A stretch of 64,000 nt of DNA from an uncultured Verrucomicrobiae bacterium (GTDB lineage: Bacteria > Verrucomicrobiota > Verrucomicrobiia > Limisphaerales > Palsa-1400), in contig CAVPOM010000005.1 of NCBI GenBank assembly GCA_963707025.1, forward strand, positions 32,001-96,000. The letters are read 5' to 3'. The notes beneath the pieces are model-generated. The model worked only from the letters and a program-made list of their open reading frames with translations, was not told where the DNA came from and made no database searches. Every line of letters starts with the position of its first letter. Position 1 is the stretch's first letter. The position numbers and the translations under genes are program-made. Of the stretch, positions 59,452-64,000 are shown piece after piece.

Positions 59452-60432
59452 ATGCATGCGGCCGTGCGCCATCGCAGCCTGTTGATCAAGCCTCCGCGTT
59501 TGCGGTTCGGGGATGTGGTTGGCCTGGTCGCACCCGGCAGCCCGCCCCGGGATCCGGGAGCGGTGGCCCGCGCCCTCGCCGCCCTGGCAAAACTCGGTTT
59601 CCATCCCAGGCCCGCCCACAACGCGCGCCGGCGTCTGGGATTTCTGGCCGGCAGCGACGCCGAGCGCGCCTCGGACCTCATGGAGATGTTTTCAGACCGG
59701 GAGGTCAAAGCCATCTTCTGCCTCCGTGGCGGTTACGGCGCGGGACGATTGCTGCCTCTGCTCGATTATGCATGGATCCAGAGGCATCCCAAGGTCTTTG
59801 TCGGTTACAGCGACATCACCGCGCTGCACTGCGCACTGCTCACCCAAGCCGGCCTGGTTTCCTTCCATGGCCCGATGATGATTGACGGACTGGGCGGCAG
59901 GCGCGCGCCCGCCTTCGCGCGCCAATCCTTGCTTCGCCTTATCATGGAACCGTCGCCCGCAGGGAGCATCCGTGAAAATTACCGCGGCAAAACTGTCCGC
60001 ATTTTGAAGCGTGGCCGCGCGGAAGGCGCCTTGATCGGCGGGAACCTCTCGCTGTTGTGCGCAACCTTGGGGACGCCCTTTCAGCCGGACTTCCGCGATG
60101 CCATCCTTTTCTTTGAAGACATCAGGGAGGAGCCGTATCGCATGGACCGGATGCTGACGCACCTGCTCAATGCCGGTTTGCTGCAACGGGTCGCTGGCGT
60201 GGCGGCGGGCATCCAAGCGGGCGGTCAAAAGGAACCATCGAAAAGACGCGGGGAATACCGGCAATCCATGGAGGATGTACTGGAGGAGCGGCTGGGCCTG
60301 CTGAAGGTACCGGTGGTCGTCGGGCTGCCCTTCGGCCATGTTCCTCTGAACGCAACCTTGCCGGTTGGCCTGAAGGCCACGCTCGACGCGGACGGTGGCG
60401 ACCTCCTCATCAACGAGCCGGCGGTGCGGTGA
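59452..60432 (+). CDS. ldcA: LD-carboxypeptidase (peptidase S66)
   Basis: FLAGSDAERA, RGGYG, VGYSDIT (Ser), HGPM, GGNL, FFEDIRE, FGH. Confidence 0.92.
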   Translation: MHAAVRHRSLLIKPPRLRFGDVVGLVAPGSPPRDPGAVARALAALAKLGFHPRPAHNARRRLGFLAGSDAERASDLMEMFSDREVKAIFCLRGGYGAGRLLPLLDYAWIQRHPKVFVGYSDITALHCALLTQAGLVSFHGPMMIDGLGGRRAPAFARQSLLRLIMEPSPAGSIRENYRGKTVRILKRGRAEGALIGGNLSLLCATLGTPFQPDFRDAILFFEDIREEPYRMDRMLTHLLNAGLLQRVAGVAAGIQAGGQKEPSKRRGEYRQSMEDVLEERLGLLKVPVVVGLPFGHVPLNATLPVGLKATLDADGGDLLINEPAVR

Positions 60433-60435
60433 GGT

Positions 60436-61476
60436 TCACCCTCTGGGCCGGACGCGCAGGCCGGTTTTTTCCGGCGCGCTGGCAAAGGAGAGAATCCCTT
60501 TTTCCGTAATGACTCCGGCGTAAGGATCGTTGGTGATGAGCAGGTTGCCGTCCAGGTCCAGATTGTCCGCCAGGTTGGCGAGGTGGGCGCCAGCGCTGGT
60601 CAGGACGCTGGTTTCGATCATGCTGCCGATCATGGTTTTGAGGCCGGACTGGCGTGCGGCCAGGAGGGCCTCCTGGGCGGCGCTGATGCCGCCGGTTTTG
60701 ACCAGTTTGACGTTGACGCCGTGAAAACATTCGGCGCAGTGGCCGGCATCGCGGGCGGTGTGATACGATTCGTCGGCGAACAAAGGAAGTGGCGAACGAG
60801 CCTTCAGCCAGATGAGGTCGCGCGCCGGGGTCTGATGCGGCATGGGTTGCTCGACGAATTGAATCCGTCCATCCTTGGCCAGCCACTCGATCATTTCCAG
60901 GGCTTGTTCCTTGGTTGGCCAGCCTTCGTTGGCATCCACGCGCACGGGTTTGGCGGGCGCGACTCCTCTCAAGGCAGCCAGGTTTTGACGGTCGCCCGCG
61001 TCACCCACCTTGAGTTTGAGCACGGGGTGGTTTGCGGCCTCAATGACTTTTTGGCGGATGATTTCAGGCGTGTCCAGGCCGATGGTCAGGGAGGTGACGT
61101 GATGCTGTTCGCGAAAGCCCAGGCCGAGGAAATCGTACACCGGCTGGCCGGCGCGCTGCGCGGCCGCGTCCACCAAGGCGATGTTCAAGGCACACTTGGC
61201 GGCCATCTCTTTGGGCCCGATGGCTTCCAGGCGGCGCATGCTGCCGGGGATGTCGGCGAAGGAAAGTTTGTCGGGATCCACTTTTTCGAGAAAGGCGGTG
61301 GCGCTGGCGGCGGATTCACCGTAAGTGCTCGCGGGCGCGGCTTCGCCAAGGCCGGCGACACCGTCTGCATCGGTCAGTTGCACCAGCACATTGTGGCGGA
61401 GGTTGGAGCCTGGGCGGCCCGAGATGGCCCAGCGGTGGGCCAGGAACAAATCACATGTCCAGAACTTGAGTTTCAC
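60436..61476 (-). CDS. L-Ala-D/L-Glu dipeptide epimerase (enolase superfamily)
   Basis: GLGEAAP..YGES, LKLKVG, RVDANEGW, EQP, ADES, NVKLVKTGG, DLDG. Confidence 0.9.
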   Translation of the reverse strand: MKLKFWTCDLFLAHRWAISGRPGSNLRHNVLVQLTDADGVAGLGEAAPASTYGESAASATAFLEKVDPDKLSFADIPGSMRRLEAIGPKEMAAKCALNIALVDAAAQRAGQPVYDFLGLGFREQHHVTSLTIGLDTPEIIRQKVIEAANHPVLKLKVGDAGDRQNLAALRGVAPAKPVRVDANEGWPTKEQALEMIEWLAKDGRIQFVEQPMPHQTPARDLIWLKARSPLPLFADESYHTARDAGHCAECFHGVNVKLVKTGGISAAQEALLAARQSGLKTMIGSMIETSVLTSAGAHLANLADNLDLDGNLLITNDPYAGVITEKGILSFASAPEKTGLRVRPRG

Positions 61477-61574
61477 CCGGCCAGTAAGAGGCTAAAACCG
61501 CCGGGAAAGCAATCCTTTTGACTGCGCCGTCCAGCCGCCCCTCCGCGCCCCGGGCGGGCGGCGGGGCGTTTTCC

Positions 61575-63357
61575 TCACGGCTCCGCTATCCACTGTTCGT
61601 AGGCGCGCGGGCCGAAGTAAGTGTAGCCGCGGCTTTCCAGCGCGGTGCCGGTCAGCAGGGCGTGGATGAATCCGTTGAGCTCCACCTGTTTGGTGTGCAG
61701 GACCGCCTTGTCCGGATTCTCGTTGAGCAGGAACTGGATCCTCCCGCCCAGCGCCGTGTATCGCTCCCATCCGCCCGCCGCTTCGCCTGTAAAGTCGAAT
61801 TTTGTGGCGAGGTCCGACTGCATGGCGTGGCTCCGTCCCCAGGTCCCCCCTTGTTCGCTCACAAAGGTCTTCCCGTTCAGGAGCGCGATGCTGTCGTGGT
61901 AGGCCAGCACACACAGATAGTGCGGGTCCGGCCGGGAGAGCCATTGCGCCAGCTTCCCGGCGTGGCCTTTGGCGGCGTCATAGCGGTAATCGCTGTCCAG
62001 AAAAGCGATGCGCTCGACCTCGTCCGGAATGCGCTCCACGCTGTCCAGATATGCGAACGTGAAACTGCCGCCGCCGCTGTGTCCGGTCAGCACCAGGCGC
62101 GGCGGTGGCCCGGGGAAACGATCGCGCAGGGCGGCCACGATTTGCCCGGCGCGCCGGCCGTCGGGATCGTGGGCGCTGAGCCAGGCGGGCCAGGCATTGC
62201 TGGAGCATTGCAGATAGGCCACCGCCAGGGTCAGCCCGGTCCAGCGCTCCCGCAGCCAGCGGGTCTGGGCGCCGATGTGTTGAATGTCGGAATGCCAGTC
62301 CTCCCCGGGCTTGATTTTGCGGCCGATGGTTTGCTCGATGGTGTTGCCGTTGGGCAGCGCGTAGAGGACCAGACGCACCGGCTTGTTCGGATCGAGGGTC
62401 GCCCGGCAGGTTCAGCAGCACGCGCACGCCGGGTTCGAAATGCAGCGTCTCGTTCTTTTCGTGAAATCGCGCGTCGCGGCCCGCCGGGGCCGGCGCCGCC
62501 GCCGCGGCAACTGCATTCGATTCGGGCGGATGCACTGTTCCATAGCGCGGGTCCAACAGCGGCCCTTCATCGCTCAACAAAACGCACCTCTTTGCGTCCG
62601 CCAGCACCGCCGCGACGGTCGTGGCCTGGCCATCCACCGTCATGCTCCGCCGGACCAGGCGCGTGCCCTGGCTGTAATCCACCCACGAGGCCGCGTGCCC
62701 GAGGTAAAGCGGCTGGATCGGCGTGCCGTCCAGGCGATGCCAGCCGTAGATGGCGACTTTGTCCGGCGCGTTGACCAGCCGGCGCGTGAGCACCAGGTCC
62801 TTCTTGTCCCCTGCCACCAGCGCGCCCAGCGGATGCGCCGCCAGAACCCCGGCACGCTGCCGGCCGACGATTTCGTTGTGTTGCTGGAAGACCGGCACGG
62901 TGGTCATCCCGGCACTGGGCGGGATCGGCATGGGCGGGAGTTTGACGGCGGCGGCGGCATAGATGTCCCCGACCATGCGAGGAGTGGGCAGGACGCAATC
63001 CAGCTTGTCCGCCAGCGCCTGCGCCGTGGCCGGCGAAACCGGGACCAGGAAATAATCATCATCCGCCCCGATGGCAAGATAGTCGGGCGACACTTCGTAA
63101 ACCGCGGTTGTGTCCCGCGCCTCCACCGGGCGCGTGACCGTGACGGGGACAAAGTGCCGCCAAAAATCGGGCACATTGCCGCGTGCGACTTCCGCCATGA
63201 TCTCCTGTTCGCGTGTGGCCAGATCCAGGGCGGCGATCCGGCCGGCAAATGCCGCCCCCTTGGCCGCGTCCGGCGGGCGCGGCGGCAGCGACACATCACC
63301 CGCCAGCATCGAGCCTGACGCCAGAATCCAAAGGAGCATTGCCACCCCGCTGCTCAT
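61575..63357 (-). CDS. Secreted two-domain protein: uncharacterised N-terminal domain plus alpha/beta hydrolase; one extra G at ~62403
   Basis: Signal peptide; PDYLAIG, LVAGDKKD, VAIYGWH, PIQPLY, VDYSQG. Removing one G joins LLNLP to ATLDPNKPVRLVLYALPNGN...LTGHSGGGSF...AFLDS. Confidence 0.72.
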
Positions 63358-63548
63358 TGTTGCTTTCCTGGTTCGGAGGCGGAGCCTTGGTAACCAGCGC
63401 GATCTTTTTTCATGTCCAGGTGGCGGCGGGGCCAGCCGCTGTCGAGCCGCGACTCTTTCCCAGGCAGTCGAGTTTCGGCCCGACGGCGTCCGGCCGTGTC
63501 ACCCATGGCTGGCGCATTAACATTTTTGGCATCCTTCGCCGCGCGGCG

Positions 63549-64000
63549 CTATTCTGGCGGAATTTCTTCCGCCTTGAAATCCCAGTTCCATTGGTTGAAG
63601 TAAAGATTGCCGCCGCGCCATTCGACTTCGCCGCGCTGGAAATCCACGATCTCGGAGCGGAAGAACAACTTGGCCGGATAAAGCGGCTGGGCGTAATCGG
63701 TGTTGACCACAAACCGGGCGCCGTCAATGCCGCCGAGGTAAAACCATTTCTCAGGATCCTGCTCACTGTGAACCAGCCCGTAATACACGTCCACCGGCAT
63801 CCAGCCGTAGGGCGCCAGGTAGATTTCGCACCAATCGTGCATGTTCTTTTCCGGCCCGGTGACCCAGCCGGATTCCCAGCGGGCGGGGATGGCGTTAAAA
63901 CGGCACAATGTCATAAACGTCATGGTTTCAATGCCGCAGTCGCCATGGCCGCGGCTGAGGGCGTAGTGCGGCAGGCAATCCAGCGTGGAATATTCCCGCG
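63549..64000 (-). CDS. Transglutaminase-like domain protein, 5' end outside the window
   Basis: HGDCG (Cys), LCR..IPARWESG, HDWCEIY (His), GWMPVD (Asp). Confidence 0.85.
   Translation of the reverse strand, partial: REYSTLDCLPHYALSRGHGDCGIETMTFMTLCRFNAIPARWESGWVTGPEKNMHDWCEIYLAPYGWMPVDVYYGLVHSEQDPEKWFYLGGIDGARFVVNTDYAQPLYPAKLFFRSEIVDFQRGEVEWRGGNLYFNQWNWDFKAEEIPPE

Overview
GC-rich bacterial chromosomal window, most likely from a Verrucomicrobiota (subdivision 3, Pedosphaera/Limisphaera-like) genome. The taxonomy is inferred from H-X9-DG prepilin-like genes, an Ig-domain protein ending in FYRL, and characteristic intergenic palindromic repeats. From left to right: (1) the end of an Ehr-type hydrogenase-like operon whose large subunit lacks all Ni-binding cysteines; (2) an alpha-2-macroglobulin, a beta-helix protein, a sulfatase and a secreted hypothetical protein; (3) an ~19 kb minus-strand carbohydrate region with the gene families of the glycoside 3-oxidation/elimination route, a GH106, and an amino-sugar operon (sugar porter, ROK, PIG-L deacetylase, DegT aminotransferase, Gfo/Idh/MocA, nagB, NahK/AmgK-like kinase); (4) an ~29 kb peptidoglycan turnover/scavenging region (DacB fused to a hydrolase, NamZ, AmiE-like serine hydrolase, two C39 peptidases, NagX, second sugar porter, amidase, LdcA, Ala-Glu epimerase, unknown-domain/hydrolase fusion, transglutaminase-like protein). 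Region 4 is interrupted by a RES-Xre toxin-antitoxin pair and a small defence/remnant island (truncated MTase, Mrr_N-HNH nuclease, BRO-N). Several genes carry single-base frameshifts that look like long-read assembly errors. No rRNA, tRNA or CRISPR array was recognised. All functional calls are from motif reading, not database searches.
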